64,000 nucleotides of DNA, from the NCBI GenBank assembly GCA_963847195.1, contig CAWJZC010000009.1, positions 17,812-81,811 on the forward strand. The letters are read 5' to 3'. The stretch is from an uncultured Chloroflexia bacterium. Its GTDB lineage: Bacteria; Chloroflexota; Chloroflexia; Thermomicrobiales; JALYUS01. The position numbers and the translations under genes were made by a program. Shown in pieces: positions 1-10,530 of this stretch (positions are counted from its first letter, which is position 1; every line of letters begins with the position of its first letter). The notes below the pieces were generated by a model. The model saw nothing but the letters and a program-made list of their open reading frames with translations, ran no database searches and was not told the DNA's origin.

Positions 1-1751
1 TTGCATCCCCTGGACCTTCGGCTGCGTGATCAGGTAGTTGGGCGAGAAATAGTAGAATGCATGCGGCGCGTCGTCCACGATCAGTTTCTGCACCTGCTGA
101 TAGAGATCCTTCCGCTGCGCTTGGTCGCCGGCCGCGCGGGCCTTCTCCATCAGAGTCGTCCGCCTGCGGGTTGGAATACTTGCCGTAGTTGAGGCCGGCG
201 CCGGTGTGGAAGTTGTTGTAGATGTTCCCATCGGGATCGATGCGACCGCTCCAGCCGAACGGGACGATCTGGAAGTTGCCGGACATCTGATCGGCGGACT
301 GCGTCGCCCCCTCTTCCTGTTTGATGGTGACGATGATGCCGACTTTCGCCATCTGATCCTTGACGAGTTGGGCGAGTTGCGTCGTGGTCGCCGATCCGGA
401 GGCGATCAGCAGTTCGCAGGAGAAACCACCCGGCGAACCGCCCGCCGCGAGATATTGCTTCGCCTTGTCCACATTGCCGCCGTACGGCTTGAAGTTCGGG
501 TCGTAGGCCCAACTGGAGGGCTGGATCGGCCCCTGGCCGGCCTGCCCGGCGCCGAAGTTGACGGTCTTGAGGATCTGGTCGCGGTCGAGCGCCTCCGCGA
601 ACGCCTGCCGGAACTCCTTCTTGCTGAAGGGTTCCTTCGCGGCGTTGAACTGGAAACTGCTGAACCCGATGCCCGGCGCATCTTTGTATGACCAGCGCGT
701 TGCCGGACTTAACCGCCGCAACATCCTTGCCCGCGATGGAATACATCGCATCGAGATCGCCGGTCTGCGCGTTCGTGAGGAGCACGGTCGCGTCCGCGAT
801 CGGCCGGTAGGTGATCTGGTCCAGATACGGCAGTTGCGTGCCGCTCGCATCCTTCTTCCAGTAGTTCGGGTTGCGCGCGACCGTGATGTGATCGTTCTTG
901 ATCCACTCCACGAATTTGAATGCCCCGGTGCCCGCGCCGACCGGTTTCTGCACCACACCGTCGGGGCCGAGCGCCTGGACCGCCGTCGGCGAGAGCATCA
1001 TTCCCGCGCGGTCCACAAGCGTCGCCAGGAGGGGGGCGAAGGCGGACTTGAGCGTGAACTTGACCGTGTACGGGTCCATCACATCAACGGACGAGATCGT
1101 GTCGATCTCCGCCTTGCGCAGGCTCTTCGGATCGGTCAGATACCGCATGATATTGAACTTGACGGCGTCGGCGTTGAAATCGGTGCCGTCGTGGAACTTG
1201 ACGCCCTGCCGCAGATGGAGGATGTACGTCTTCGGGTCCGGCGTCTCCCACTTCTCGGCCAGCGCGGGGATGATCTGCGCGTTCACATCAATCGCGACGA
1301 GCGAGTCATAGATGTTGTAGTAGATCTCCCGATCGATGATCGCGCCCGAGGTGAGCGGGTCCAGGCTAAGGATGTCCGAGCCGAACAGGCCGGCCTTCAG
1401 CGTGCCACCTTTCTTCGCCGCGCCCGCCGATGCCGCCGGACTCGCCGCCGCAGCGGGCGTCGCCGCTGGCACCGACGTTGCCGCTACCGCGGCTGACGAT
1501 GCCGCCGCCGTCGTCGGCGCGCTACCCGTCACGCTACTTGCAGCGGCGGCGGTCGGTTGCGTCGCCGCGCTCGCCGGTTTCGTCGCCGCCGGGGCGGCGG
1601 TATTCGTCGCGGTCGTGCTGCTCCCGCCGCACGCCGCCAGCAGCGCGCCGAGCGCGCCGGATGCCCCGACAGCGGCAACGCCGCGCAGCATGGCGCGGCG
1701 GCTGAGGCGGGCGGATGCCATCGGTGTATCAGTGTCGTTCACTCGCGTCAT
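1..1751 (-). pseudogene. ABC transporter substrate-binding protein, family 5 (peptide/nickel, DppA/OppA-like); C-terminal end runs off the window; frame broken twice
   Basis: ORF 150..1751 has a Tat-type signal (SRRAMLRG), LAAC lipobox, Ala/Thr linker, then a family-5 SBP core (KKGGTLK, YDSLVAID, NPNYWKKDASGTQLPYLD) alignable with neighbour 1810..3590. After ...SGNALV the frame turns to Arg/Pro junk. Hand translation of the adjacent frame continues homologously (YKDAPGIGFSSFQFNAAKEPFSKKEFRQAFAEALDRDQILKTVNFG; shift near 690). A second shift near 165 gives NPQADD/LMEKARAAGDQAQRKDLYQQVQKLIVDDAPHAFYYFSPNYLITQPKVQGMQ, reaching base 1. Confidence 0.8.
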
Positions 1752-1769
1752 GCTCTTCCTATCCCCCTG

Positions 1770-1792
1770 CCCCTTCCCTCCGAGGGAAGGGG
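1770..1792. repeat. GC-rich palindrome CCCCTTCCCT-CCG-AGGGAAGGGG between the two SBP genes
   Basis: Read directly: 10-bp perfect arms with a 3-nt loop. Same core as copies at 15681, 20981, 33412, 33513 and 47766. Confidence 0.85.
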
Positions 1793-1809
1793 AAATACGT
1801 GGCCACTAC

Positions 1810-3590
1810 TTACTTCAACCACGCGACATCGAAACGCATGATGTAATCGGCGTAGACTTGCATCCCCTGCACATTCGGCCGGGTGATCAGATAACCGGGC
1901 GCGAAACCGTACCAGGCCATCGGCGCGTCGTCCACGATCAACTTCTCCGCCTGCTGGTAGAAGCCTTTGCGCTGCGCCTGATCGGTGGTGCCCCGCGCCT
2001 TGTCGAGCAGGTCGTCCACCTGCGGGTTCGAATATTTCGTGTCCGAGAGGCCGCCGCCGGTGTGCAGTTGATTATAGGTGTTGCCGTCCGGGTCGATCCG
2101 GCCGCTCCAGCCGTAGTCCTCGGCCTGGAAAAGACCCTTCTGCGCGTCGTCCTGCGTCTTCACCGCCTCCGCGAGCACGATATTCATCGTGATGCCCGCC
2201 TTCGCGACCTGATCTTTGACCAGTTGCAGCAACTGCAACTCGACCGGCGAGCCGGAGACGCCCTCGTAATCGAAGGTGAAGCCATTCGGCTGGCCGCCCG
2301 CCTGCAAGTATTGCTTCGCCTTGGCGACATCGCCCGTATACGGCTTGAGATCGGGGTTGAAGGCCCAACTGGAGGCCGCAATCGGCCCCTGACCGACTTG
2401 CCACGTCCCGAAGTAGACGGTCTTGTTGATCTGATCGCGGTCGATCGCCTCGGCGAATGCCTGGCGCAGTTCCTTCTTATCGAAGGGCGCTTTCTGCGTG
2501 TTGAACTCGAAGGCGTTGAAGTTCAGCCCCGGCGCCTGGCGAAGCACGACATCGGTAGCGGTCTTGAGACTGGCGACATCCTTGGCGGGGACGACCCACG
2601 ACGCATCGAGGTCGCCGGTCTTGAGATTGGTGAGCAGCACGGTACTGTCGGTGATCGGGCGGAAGATGACTTTATCGAGGTAGGGCAACTGCGTGCCACT
2701 CGCGTCTTTCTTCCAGTAGTTCGGGTTACGATCCATCGTCAGATGGTCGTTATTCACCCACTCGGTGAACTTGAAGGCGCCCGTGCCCGCACCGACCGGC
2801 TTGCGGGAAAAATCCGCGCCGCCCGCCTGAATCGCTTTCGGCGAGAGCATCATCCCCGCGCGGTCGACGAGGTTGGCGAGGAAGGGCGCGAACGGCGCCT
2901 TGAGGGTAACCTTCAGCGTGTATGGATCGGTGATATCCATCGTCTGGATCGACGAGATCTCGCTGGCACGGCGACTCGCCTTATCGGTCAGGTAGCGGTC
3001 GAGATTGAACTTGACGGCATCGGCATTGAAATCGGTGCCGTCGTGGAACTTGACGCCCTGGCGCAAGTGGAAGATGTAGGTCTTCGGGTCCGGCGTCTCC
3101 CATGATTCGGCCAGCGCGGGGATGATCTTCAGGCTCGTGTCGATCGCGACGAGCGAGTCATAGATGTTGTAGTAAATCTCGCGCTCCGCGACGAACCCGG
3201 AGGTGAGCGGATCGAGCGTGGCGATCTCGATGTTGTTCGCGGCGCGCAGCGTGCCGCCCTTCTTGGGCGTGCCCGCCGCCGCTGCCGGGGCGGTCGTCGG
3301 CTGCGGCGGCGTGCGGCGCGCGGCGTCGCGGCTGGCGCGCTGGATGCCGCGGCGGGTGCGCTGGCGGCGGCCGGAGCGGTCGTCGCACCCGCCGCCGGGG
3401 CGGTCGTGGCCACGGCGGGCGCCGTCGTCGCTGCCGCCGGCTTCGGCGTATCCGTGGCGCTGCTGCTGCCGCAAGCGGCGAGCAGCGCACCGAGCGCGCT
3501 CGTCGCCCCGGCAGCCGCGACACCGCGCAGGAAGGTGCGCCGGCTCACCCCGGAGTGCATCGACCGATCGGACCCGATAGACATGCGCAT
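1810..3590 (-). CDS. ABC transporter substrate-binding protein, family 5 (peptide/nickel type), paralogue of 1..1751; one frame break in the low-complexity linker
   Basis: ORF 1810..3474 holds the whole mature SBP (KKGGTLRAANNIE ... YADYIMRFDVAWLK). The signal peptide (MRMSIGSDRSMHSGVSRRTFLRGVAAAGATSALGALLAACGSS) lies in ORF 3129..3680 in another frame, so a shift near 3300 inside the Ala/Pro/Thr linker joins them. Start ATG taken at 3590. Confidence 0.85.
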
Positions 3591-3871
3591 CACGTTCCCT
3601 CCCGTACCCTTAACGCCGCCACGGACACCACGCGGTGTCGAACCGTGTTCGCCAGAGACCGAGGACCCGATTGTGTCCATCCATTGTGCCGAGTATACAC
3701 GGTGAACCGCATCAGTATACGATCAATCGGGCAGAAATGGATCGTTTTCCTATTGCAGTTGCACAAGAATGGGTCGGATCGCTCTCTCCTCACGCTGTCT
3801 CCATTGCAGTGAGATCGCGGTATCAATCGCCTTTGTATGGTGATCGAGAGGAGGGCAGGGGATGAGGCAGA

Positions 3872-5218
3872 TCACGGCGTCGGTGTCGGCGCGACGGTCG
3901 GGCGCGGCGTGGGGATCGGTGTCGGTGGCGGCACGGTCGGTGTGGGTACCGGGGTAGGGGTCGGAATGGCAGTCACCGTGACCTGAATCGATGGCGGATC
4001 GGTCTTGATCACCGTGACAGGATTGCCCGGCGGCAATTGGATCTCCACATTGACGGAGTTCGGTCCGCCGGGTCCGGCGAAACTCGCAAGGTTGGCGAGA
4101 GCGATGATGTTCGTCCCGTTGATTTGGTCGAGTTGCTGGCGCGTCCCCCGCAGCGTGACGGTGACCTCCCGCTGAGAGAGGGTCGCCTGCAGGCCGGTGC
4201 GCAGGTTCACCGGCGTGACCGGCACCGCTGGGAACGCGCGGTCCTGAGTGATTTCGACGATATTCACTTGCACCTTGACGTTCGTCACATTGTCCTTGAT
4301 CGTCACCCCTAGTGGAAGTTTCGAAATGTCGAGCGGCACGGTCAGCGTGGTTGTCCGGTTCAACCCGTCAATGAGAATCGGTTGCGTCGGGATGTTCGGG
4401 ATGGTGCGGATCACCTGCGGATCGCCCATCAGCGTCACCTGATTTGGCGTGACGACGATGGTATCGAGCTTGAAGCCGGGCGCCGGGGCGCCGGTCACAT
4501 CGGCGGTGCTGATCGGCACGACGCGCACGTTGCGGTTGTCGGTGAGATCGACGGCGACCGTGACACGCGGCGGCGAGAGCGTCACACCCGTGACATCTCT
4601 ACCGCTCGCATCCACCGCTTTCACATCGACCGGCAAGCTCGTGAAGTTCGTCGTTTGGTTGCCGATATCGAGCGCGGCGATGGCCTGCGTGACCGCGTTT
4701 ACTTTGCTCTCGGGCCCACTGACCCGCACGTCCGTAGGCGTCGGGGTGACGTTATTCACGGTGACGCCCGGCTGTGTCGGCGTGGGCACGACGACCGGCA
4801 GCGTTTTCTCGATGCTGCGTTCGACCGTCACCTGCGCGGTTGAGGGGTTGGCGCTCTTTTTCCGCAGGTTGCTCTGCGTCGTCTGCACGTGGATCGGCAC
4901 GTCCTGCGTGCCCGGTTTGACATCTTTCAGGTCGATTGTCGCCGAGAAGTTGCCCGCCACCAGCGCCCGATTCGTGACGACACTGCGCGGCCCCCAGATC
5001 GAGATGGTCACCGTCGTCGGACTCATACTGGTGATAGCGACGCCGGCGGGAGTATTGATCGGCGTGATGGGAATATCGGGGAAGTCCTGCCGGCGGTCGG
5101 GGTCGTTGTTGTTCGTCACCCACGCCCAGAAGCCGAAGGCGAGCACGATAGCGAGCACCGCGCGGCTCACCACGCCGCTCGATACGGGGCGGTTAGTCTG
5201 CTGCCGGGCGCTCGCCAT
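3872..5218 (-). CDS. cdaR: YbbR-domain protein, CdaR-type regulator of diadenylate cyclase
   Basis: ORF 3872..5266: N-terminal TM helix (AVLAIVLAFGFWAWV), then four repeated beta-rich modules of YbbR type (VTVxxSGPxxxV..., VxVxVxGxxxxL) and a Pro/Thr tail. It lies immediately downstream of and overlaps cdaA. Start chosen at MASARQQ (5218). Confidence 0.8.
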   Translation of the reverse strand: MASARQQTNRPVSSGVVSRAVLAIVLAFGFWAWVTNNNDPDRRQDFPDIPITPINTPAGVAITSMSPTTVTISIWGPRSVVTNRALVAGNFSATIDLKDVKPGTQDVPIHVQTTQSNLRKKSANPSTAQVTVERSIEKTLPVVVPTPTQPGVTVNNVTPTPTDVRVSGPESKVNAVTQAIAALDIGNQTTNFTSLPVDVKAVDASGRDVTGVTLSPPRVTVAVDLTDNRNVRVVPISTADVTGAPAPGFKLDTIVVTPNQVTLMGDPQVIRTIPNIPTQPILIDGLNRTTTLTVPLDISKLPLGVTIKDNVTNVKVQVNIVEITQDRAFPAVPVTPVNLRTGLQATLSQREVTVTLRGTRQQLDQINGTNIIALANLASFAGPGGPNSVNVEIQLPPGNPVTVIKTDPPSIQVTVTAIPTPTPVPTPTVPPPTPIPTPRPTVAPTPTP

Positions 5219-6097
5219 CGGTCGTCGTCTCCGTCTTTCCGCTGCCGTTGCGGTCGCCCCGCCCATTGAGGAAGTTCGGGCGGTGCGAGCGGTTCACCTC
5301 GCGATCGACGCGGAGGCGTGCCCGCAGCGTCGCCTTCAACTTGTCGTGCGTCAGGTCGCGGATGAGCCGCCCGCCCATCGCCATCGAGATCTGCCCCGTC
5401 TCCTCGGATACGACGATAGCAATCGCATCCGACTGCTCGCTGATGCCGACCGCCGCGCGATGGCGCGTGCCGAGCGTCCCGCCAATCGGCGCCTCGGTGA
5501 GTGGCAGGACGACGGCGGCGGCGAGGATGCGGTTCTGCCGCACGATCACCGCGCCATCGTGCAGGGGCGTATTCGGCGTGAAGATCTGAATGAGGGTTTG
5601 CCGCGTCAGGGCCGCGTCGAGCGGCACGCCGCGATCGGCGTACTCCTGCAAGCCCGTCTCCCGCTCGATGACGATCAGCGCGCCGATCCGCTGCCGGGAG
5701 AGTTGCACGACCGCACGGACTGATCTCGTCGATCGTCTTCTCGATATCCTCCTCGGTGTGCGCGAAGGGGAGATTGAGCCAGGTGCGCGTCTGGCCCAGT
5801 TGTTCGAGCGCGCGTCGCAACTCGGGTTGGAAGATGACCGGCACGGCGATGACGAGTGCGGGGAAGGCGATTTCCAGCAGCCGCCGGAGCGCGGTGAGAT
5901 TGAGCGTGGTGGACAAGGACAGCGATCATGCCGAGCAGGATGGCGATGCCGCGCAGGAGAGGCATCGCCCGCGTCCCGCGCGCCACCGTAAGCAACCAGA
6001 AGAAGATGGCGGCCACGACGAAAATATCGAGCAGCGCGAGCAGCGTCAGGCGCGTGAATATCCACGGCAGTTCGAAGGCGATCAGCAGCGGTGTCAT
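5193..6097 (-). pseudogene. cdaA: diadenylate cyclase CdaA (DisA_N/DAC domain), frame broken twice
   Basis: Three pieces in three frames. TM region MTPLLIAFELPWIFTRLTLLALLDIFVVAAIFFWLL... is in ORF 5675..6208. LSTTLNLTALRRLLEIAFPALVIAVPVIFQPELRRALEQLG...EKTIDEI is in ORF 5167..5916. DAC core VRAVVQLSRQRIGALIVIERETG...TPLHDGAVIV...GTRHRAAVGISEQSDAIAIVVSEETGQISMAMGG is in ORF 5193..6218. Junctions are near 5918 and 5721. Confidence 0.85.
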
Positions 6098-6309
6098 GTG
6101 AGGCGCGTTCCGCTCCTTTGCCACGCGATGGGGTGGCGTCTGGGCTGCGCGGAGCCGGCCGGAAGGCCGCACAGCAGACTGCGCGTGCGTCGGTCGCCAT
6201 TGTAGCACGCGGTTTCACGCTGTGACTATCCGTGTCAGGGCGGGAAAACCCACCCCCGCCAGCCCGTATACGCCCGCCACCTCGGGGAAATGCGGGCGTC
6301 GTTTGGCTG

Positions 6310-7956
6310 TCAGGACGCGCCCCGCACGCGATCGATCAGCGCGAGCGCATCCTCCGGCTGGGTATCGCCCCGCCAGGCGATATGCTGATCGGGCCGCGAG
6401 AGGACGAGCCGGGTGTCGTAGGCGGCGGCATCGTCCGCGACGATATCGAGCAGCCGGAGCGGGAGGTCGCGCTTGCGCGCGGCGTCCAGCACTCCATCGA
6501 CGGCGACCGTTGGATCGAAACGCAGCAGGGTATACTCCGGGCCGAGCGCGTCGTAGAGCGACCGCCCGTCGGCCAGCCAGAGGTGCGGCGTCCGGCAGCC
6601 GGGGACGGTCGAGGGCGTGAAGTCCCCCATCGAGTAGGGCGGATGCGGCGCGCCATCGTAGGCGATGATCGGCGAATCGTCGTAGTAGTAGCCGAAGTTC
6701 AGCCCGGCGGCGCAATATTGCTGGACATTGAGGTCGTAGGCCGCCTGACCGACCGCCGCGCGGGCCGGCGTCGCCCGCCGCGCTCTCCTCCTCGATCTCC
6801 GCCGGGACGCCGCGCCGCTGCTTCGCCATCGCGTGGGCGTGATCCATCGCGAAGCGCGATACCTGCTCGGTGATCGGCTGGCGCTCGCGCTCGTAGGCAT
6901 CGAGGATGCCCGCCGCGCCCCAGCCATTGAGATGGGCGGCGAGGAGCCAGCCGAGATTCGCCGCGTCCGCCAGGCCCGCGTTCATGCCGTAGCCCGCGTA
7001 GGGCACCCAGATATGCGCCGCGTCGCCGCAGAGGAAGACGCGCCGGTCGCGGAAGCGATCCGCGACGAGGCGGCGACCGAACCAATCCTCCTTGCTGATG
7101 ATCTCGTAGCGGAAATCCGCGCCGACGCCGAGGATGGCGCGGATCGCCCAATCGCGGTCAACCGCGTCGAAGTCCGCCTCATCGTCCTTGAGGTAATTGT
7201 GGATCAGCCACGTCTCGCGCCCGTCGATGGCGTAGACGGTGCCGCTGCGACGCGGGTTGAGCGAGATGTTCCCCCACGCGGGCGCCCCGCCCACGAGCGA
7301 CAACAACTGTGGCGCGCGGATGTAACTGGACTGCACGCGCTGCACGACGGGATCGCCCACCAGCCGCGCGCCAATCGCGCGGCGCACCTCGGATCGTCCG
7401 CCATCGCACCCGATGAGGTAGCGCGCGGAGAGGGACAGTTCTTCGCCCGAGTCGAGATGGCGGGCCCGCGCCGTCACACCATCGTCGTTCTGCGCGAGAT
7501 CCGTGAAGCAGGTCCGATTCAGGATCGTGACGCCGGGCGCCGCCGAGGCATGGTCGAAAAGGATCGGTTCGAGAAAGATCTGGTTGATCCGATGCGGCGG
7601 CTCCGGGGTCGGCCACCATGTATCCGGGCCACCCGTGGCGGTGTAGCGGTCGCGGCGGCAGGGGATCGGGATGCGCGACAACTCCCGCCCGACCATCGTC
7701 GTGCGATAGGCGATGTCGTTCGGATAGTCCGCCGGCAACCCGGCGTCCCGGAGCTTGCGGCGCGACGCCGAGCCGCCGGAACAACTCCATCGAGCGGGCG
7801 GCGACATGATTGCACTTGACGCTCGGCGGCTCGCCCCGCTCGCGCTGCTCCGAGCACCGTCACCCGGACGCCGCGCCCGGCGAGGTCCATCGCGAGGGTC
7901 AAGCCCACCGGCCCGCCGCCGACGATCGCCACATCCGTTTCGAGGCTCTCCACCAT
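6310..7956 (-). pseudogene. FAD-dependent aromatic-ring monooxygenase (PheA/TfdB-like), three frame breaks
   Basis: GxGxxG (DVAIVGGGPVGLTLAMDLAGRG) in ORF 7519..7989. EQRERGEPPSVKCNHVAARSMELFRRLGV is in the frame of ORF 7179..7790. The core with GCDGGRSEVR and FLCGDAAHIWVPYAGYGMNAGLADAANLGW is in ORF 6215..7807. The C-terminal domain (AAYDLNVQQY...RSLYDALGPEYTLLRFD...) is in ORF 6310..6927. Junctions are near 7850, 7762 and 6770. Confidence 0.8.
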
Positions 7957-8089
7957 GCCGCGCTGCTCCCGCCGTTGCCTTCCCCGCACGCAGGCAATAC
8001 TACGCGCCGCCGCGCCGTGTCAATCGCTCCGGCAGGGTCACGTAGAGGCAAGCGGGGTGCGTACCTCCACCGATTGATCCACCCGCTTC

Positions 8090-8956
8090 TCAATACTGAC
8101 GGCGCGGCGGGCGGGGGGTGATGACGGAGGGGTAGCCGGTCTGCCGCTTGCGGTAATCGCCGGCGGGGATATGAATGTGCCGCACCATGCGGACATCGGC
8201 GAGGCGAGAGGCGATGCGGTCGTCCACGCCGGGGAAGTCGATACCCAGTTTCTGGTCGGGCCGGATGTTATTGCTCGTCACGATGAGCGGGAGGCGCTGC
8301 ATCGCGCGGTAATTGATGATCTGGAAGAGCTTCTCGCGCGCCCATGGCGTCGTGTTCTCGGTGCCGAGGTCGTCCAGCACGAGCACGCCGACCTCGCGGA
8401 TCTGATTGAAGCGATCATCGAACGAGACGCCGCTCTTCGGGTCATAGGCGGAGCGCAATTGGTCGAGCAGATCGGGGACGACGGCGAAGAGCACGGTCAT
8501 CTGCTGGCGGACGGCCTCATTGGCGATCGCGGCGGCGAGATGCGTCTTGCCCGTGCCGTAACCGCCGAAGAGGACGATCCAGATCGGCTCATACGTCTCG
8601 CTGTACTGCTTCGCCTGGATAAACGCCTCGCGCGTGCCGGGTACGTCCTTATCGAAGGTGGCGAAGGTGCTGTCCACGAAGTGATCGAGATTGGAGAGCG
8701 CGCGCTGGTCGCTGTAGCGCGAGGCCGCCCGCTCCCGCTCCTGACACTGGCAGGGCACCGTCCGCCCGAACTGCGGATGGCCGACCGGCACATCGAGCCG
8801 CAGGAAGCCCGCTCCCCCGCAGATCGCGCAGACATCGCCCTCGCCACGATCCCGCCGGTTGACCGGAATCTCCACCTCGCCCGCCTCGCTGCCCACCCGT
8901 TCCTCGACATACGCCGCCAACCGCGAACCGCGAATGACATCCTTAATGCTCTGCAT
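8090..8956 (-). CDS. DnaC/DnaI-family helicase-loader AAA+ ATPase with N-terminal Cys-rich (zinc-ribbon-like) region
   Basis: 288-aa intact ORF. It has CAICGGAGF...PCQC, Walker A (GGYGTGKTHLAAAIANEA), Walker B (VLVLDDLG) and a sensor region (LIVTSN). It lies directly downstream of dnaB, and no IstA-like transposase is nearby. Confidence 0.8.
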   Translation of the reverse strand: MQSIKDVIRGSRLAAYVEERVGSEAGEVEIPVNRRDRGEGDVCAICGGAGFLRLDVPVGHPQFGRTVPCQCQERERAASRYSDQRALSNLDHFVDSTFATFDKDVPGTREAFIQAKQYSETYEPIWIVLFGGYGTGKTHLAAAIANEAVRQQMTVLFAVVPDLLDQLRSAYDPKSGVSFDDRFNQIREVGVLVLDDLGTENTTPWAREKLFQIINYRAMQRLPLIVTSNNIRPDQKLGIDFPGVDDRIASRLADVRMVRHIHIPAGDYRKRQTGYPSVITPRPPRRQY

Positions 8957-8970
8957 ACACCCCTCCGGGG

Positions 8971-9046
8971 AGTAACGAGTAGCGAGTAGCGAGTAACGAG
9001 AAGATGCTGGCGCCCTTCGTTACTCGCTACTCGCTGCTCGTTACTC
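8971..9046. repeat. inverted tandem-heptamer hairpin (AGTAACG/AGTAGCG units) between dnaB and the loader gene
   Basis: Left arm AGTAACGAGTAGCGAGTAGCGAGTAACGAG, spacer, right arm CGTTACTCGCTACTCGCTGCTCGTTACTC. The right arm overlaps the dnaB stop codon. Confidence 0.85.
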
Positions 9047-10391
9047 ACATGGGCTCACGATAGACTTCAAGGTCGGCGAAGCGGGTCAGGGCCTGGAAGA
9101 AGCGGAGGTTGACGACGCCCATCGGGCCGTTGCGGTGCTTGGCGATGTGGATTTCCGCGATGCCCTTCTTCTCCGTCTCGGGGTCGTACAACTCCTCGCG
9201 GTAGATGAACATGACGATGTCCGCGTCCTGCTCGATGGAGCCGGATTCGCGCAGGTCGGAGAGCACCGGCACCTTCTCGGCGCGCGATTCGACGGCGCGG
9301 GAGAGCTGCGAGAGCGCGACGACCGGGACGTTCAACTCGCGGGCCAGTTCCTTGAGCGAGCGCGTGATCTCCGCCACTTCCTGCACGCGGTTGTCGGTGC
9401 GGCCGCCGCGCATCAGTTGCAGGTAATCGACGATAATCATGTCCACGCCGAACTCCGCCTGCAAGCGGCGCGCCTTGGAGCGCAGTTCGACGACGCTGAT
9501 CGCGGGGGTATCGTCGATAAAGATCGGCGCGCTGGCGAGGTTGCCTAGCGAGCGGGAGATGGCGGGCCACTCGTCGTCGTCGACATAGCCAAGGCGCAGC
9601 CGCTGCGAATCGACGCCGGTATCCATCGACAAGAGGCGCTGGACGAGCTGCTCGCCGCTCATTTCGAGCGAGAACACGCCGACATGCTTGCCGTAGCGGA
9701 GCGCGGCATTGAAGGCCATCGTCATGCTGAGCGAGCTCTTGCCGACGCCGGGACGGGCCGCGATGATGATGAGGTCCGACTGCTGCAAGCCGCCCGTCAT
9801 CTTATCGAGGTCCGCGAAGCCCGTCGGCACACCGGCGAGTTCGCCGCGATGCTGCTGGACGAAGTCGATCCGCTCGAAGAAGGCGTCGAGGTAGTGCGAG
9901 ATCGGCTTGAAATCCCGCTCCAAGCGATCCTGCGCGACATCGAAGATCAACTTCTCGCTCTTGTCGAGCGCGTCGACCAGTTCGAGGTCGTCGTTGTAGG
10001 CGATGCTGACGATGCTCGACCCGGCGTCGATCAGGCGGCGGCGCGTCGCCTCGCGCTTGACGATCTCCGCGTAATACTCGACGTGCGCGGCGGTCGGCAC
10101 GATGCTGAGCAGGGTGGTCAGGTAGGCGATGCCGCCGACATCATCGAGGCGACCCCGGCGCTGCAATTCGTCCGGCAGGGTGGTGAGGTCGGCGGGCTCG
10201 CGCTTGTCGTAGAGATCGACGATGGCGGCGTAGATTTCCCGGTGCGCGCCGCGATAGAAATCCTCCGGGTGGAGGTTGGGGCGCACGCGGACAATCGCCT
10301 CGCGGTCGATGAGGAGGGAACCGAGGACGGATTGCTCCGCCTCGCCATTGTTCGGTGGTAATCGGTCGAGAACCCGCTCTTGTAGCGCCAT
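9045..10391 (-). CDS. dnaB: replicative DNA helicase DnaB
   Basis: 448-aa intact ORF. N-terminal domain (PPNNGEAEQSVLGSLLID), Walker A (IIIAARPGVGKSSLSM), Walker B (MIIVDYLQLM), and SRAVESR...LSDLRESGSIEQDADIVMFIYRE. Confidence 0.97.
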   Translation of the reverse strand: MALQERVLDRLPPNNGEAEQSVLGSLLIDREAIVRVRPNLHPEDFYRGAHREIYAAIVDLYDKREPADLTTLPDELQRRGRLDDVGGIAYLTTLLSIVPTAAHVEYYAEIVKREATRRRLIDAGSSIVSIAYNDDLELVDALDKSEKLIFDVAQDRLERDFKPISHYLDAFFERIDFVQQHRGELAGVPTGFADLDKMTGGLQQSDLIIIAARPGVGKSSLSMTMAFNAALRYGKHVGVFSLEMSGEQLVQRLLSMDTGVDSQRLRLGYVDDDEWPAISRSLGNLASAPIFIDDTPAISVVELRSKARRLQAEFGVDMIIVDYLQLMRGGRTDNRVQEVAEITRSLKELARELNVPVVALSQLSRAVESRAEKVPVLSDLRESGSIEQDADIVMFIYREELYDPETEKKGIAEIHIAKHRNGPMGVVNLRFFQALTRFADLEVYREPM

Positions 10392-10408
10392 CCGTCGCTT
10401 CGCTCCTT

Positions 10409-10530
10409 CAGGACTGAGCGATGAGGACTGAGGACTGAGGTTCAGCCGTCAATACTCTCGCCACCCACTGAGGAACGAAGCGACGCGGGACTGACCTCAC
10501 TCAGTCCTCAGTCCTCAGTCCTCAGTCCTC
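10409..10530. repeat. inverted tandem-heptamer hairpin (GGACTGA units) between rplI and dnaB
   Basis: Left arm CAGGACTGAGCGATGAGGACTGAGGACTGAGG (10409..10440). Right arm CTCACTCAGTCCTCAGTCCTCAGTCCTCAGTCCTC (10496..10530), about 55 nt apart. The right arm supplies the last codons and stop of rplI. Confidence 0.85.

Noticed and set aside
3752-3810. Repeated ATTGCAGT 51 nt apart in the AT-richer gap upstream of the SBP gene
   Set aside because: It is an 8-mer occurring twice in a short region and could be chance. No palindromic structure or known operator pattern was recognised.
8090-8956. DnaC/IstB-like ATPase as the helper gene of an IS21-type element
   Set aside because: There is no IstA transposase and no terminal inverted repeats. 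The gene is directly downstream of dnaB and has a DnaI-like Cys-rich N-terminus, so a chromosomal helicase loader is the better reading.
10409-10530. Tandem short repeats considered as a CRISPR array (also 8971, 29874, 31240, 32297, 46643)
   Set aside because: The units are 7 nt with no unique spacers, the arrays hold only 2-5 units and occur as inverted pairs, and no cas genes are in the window.
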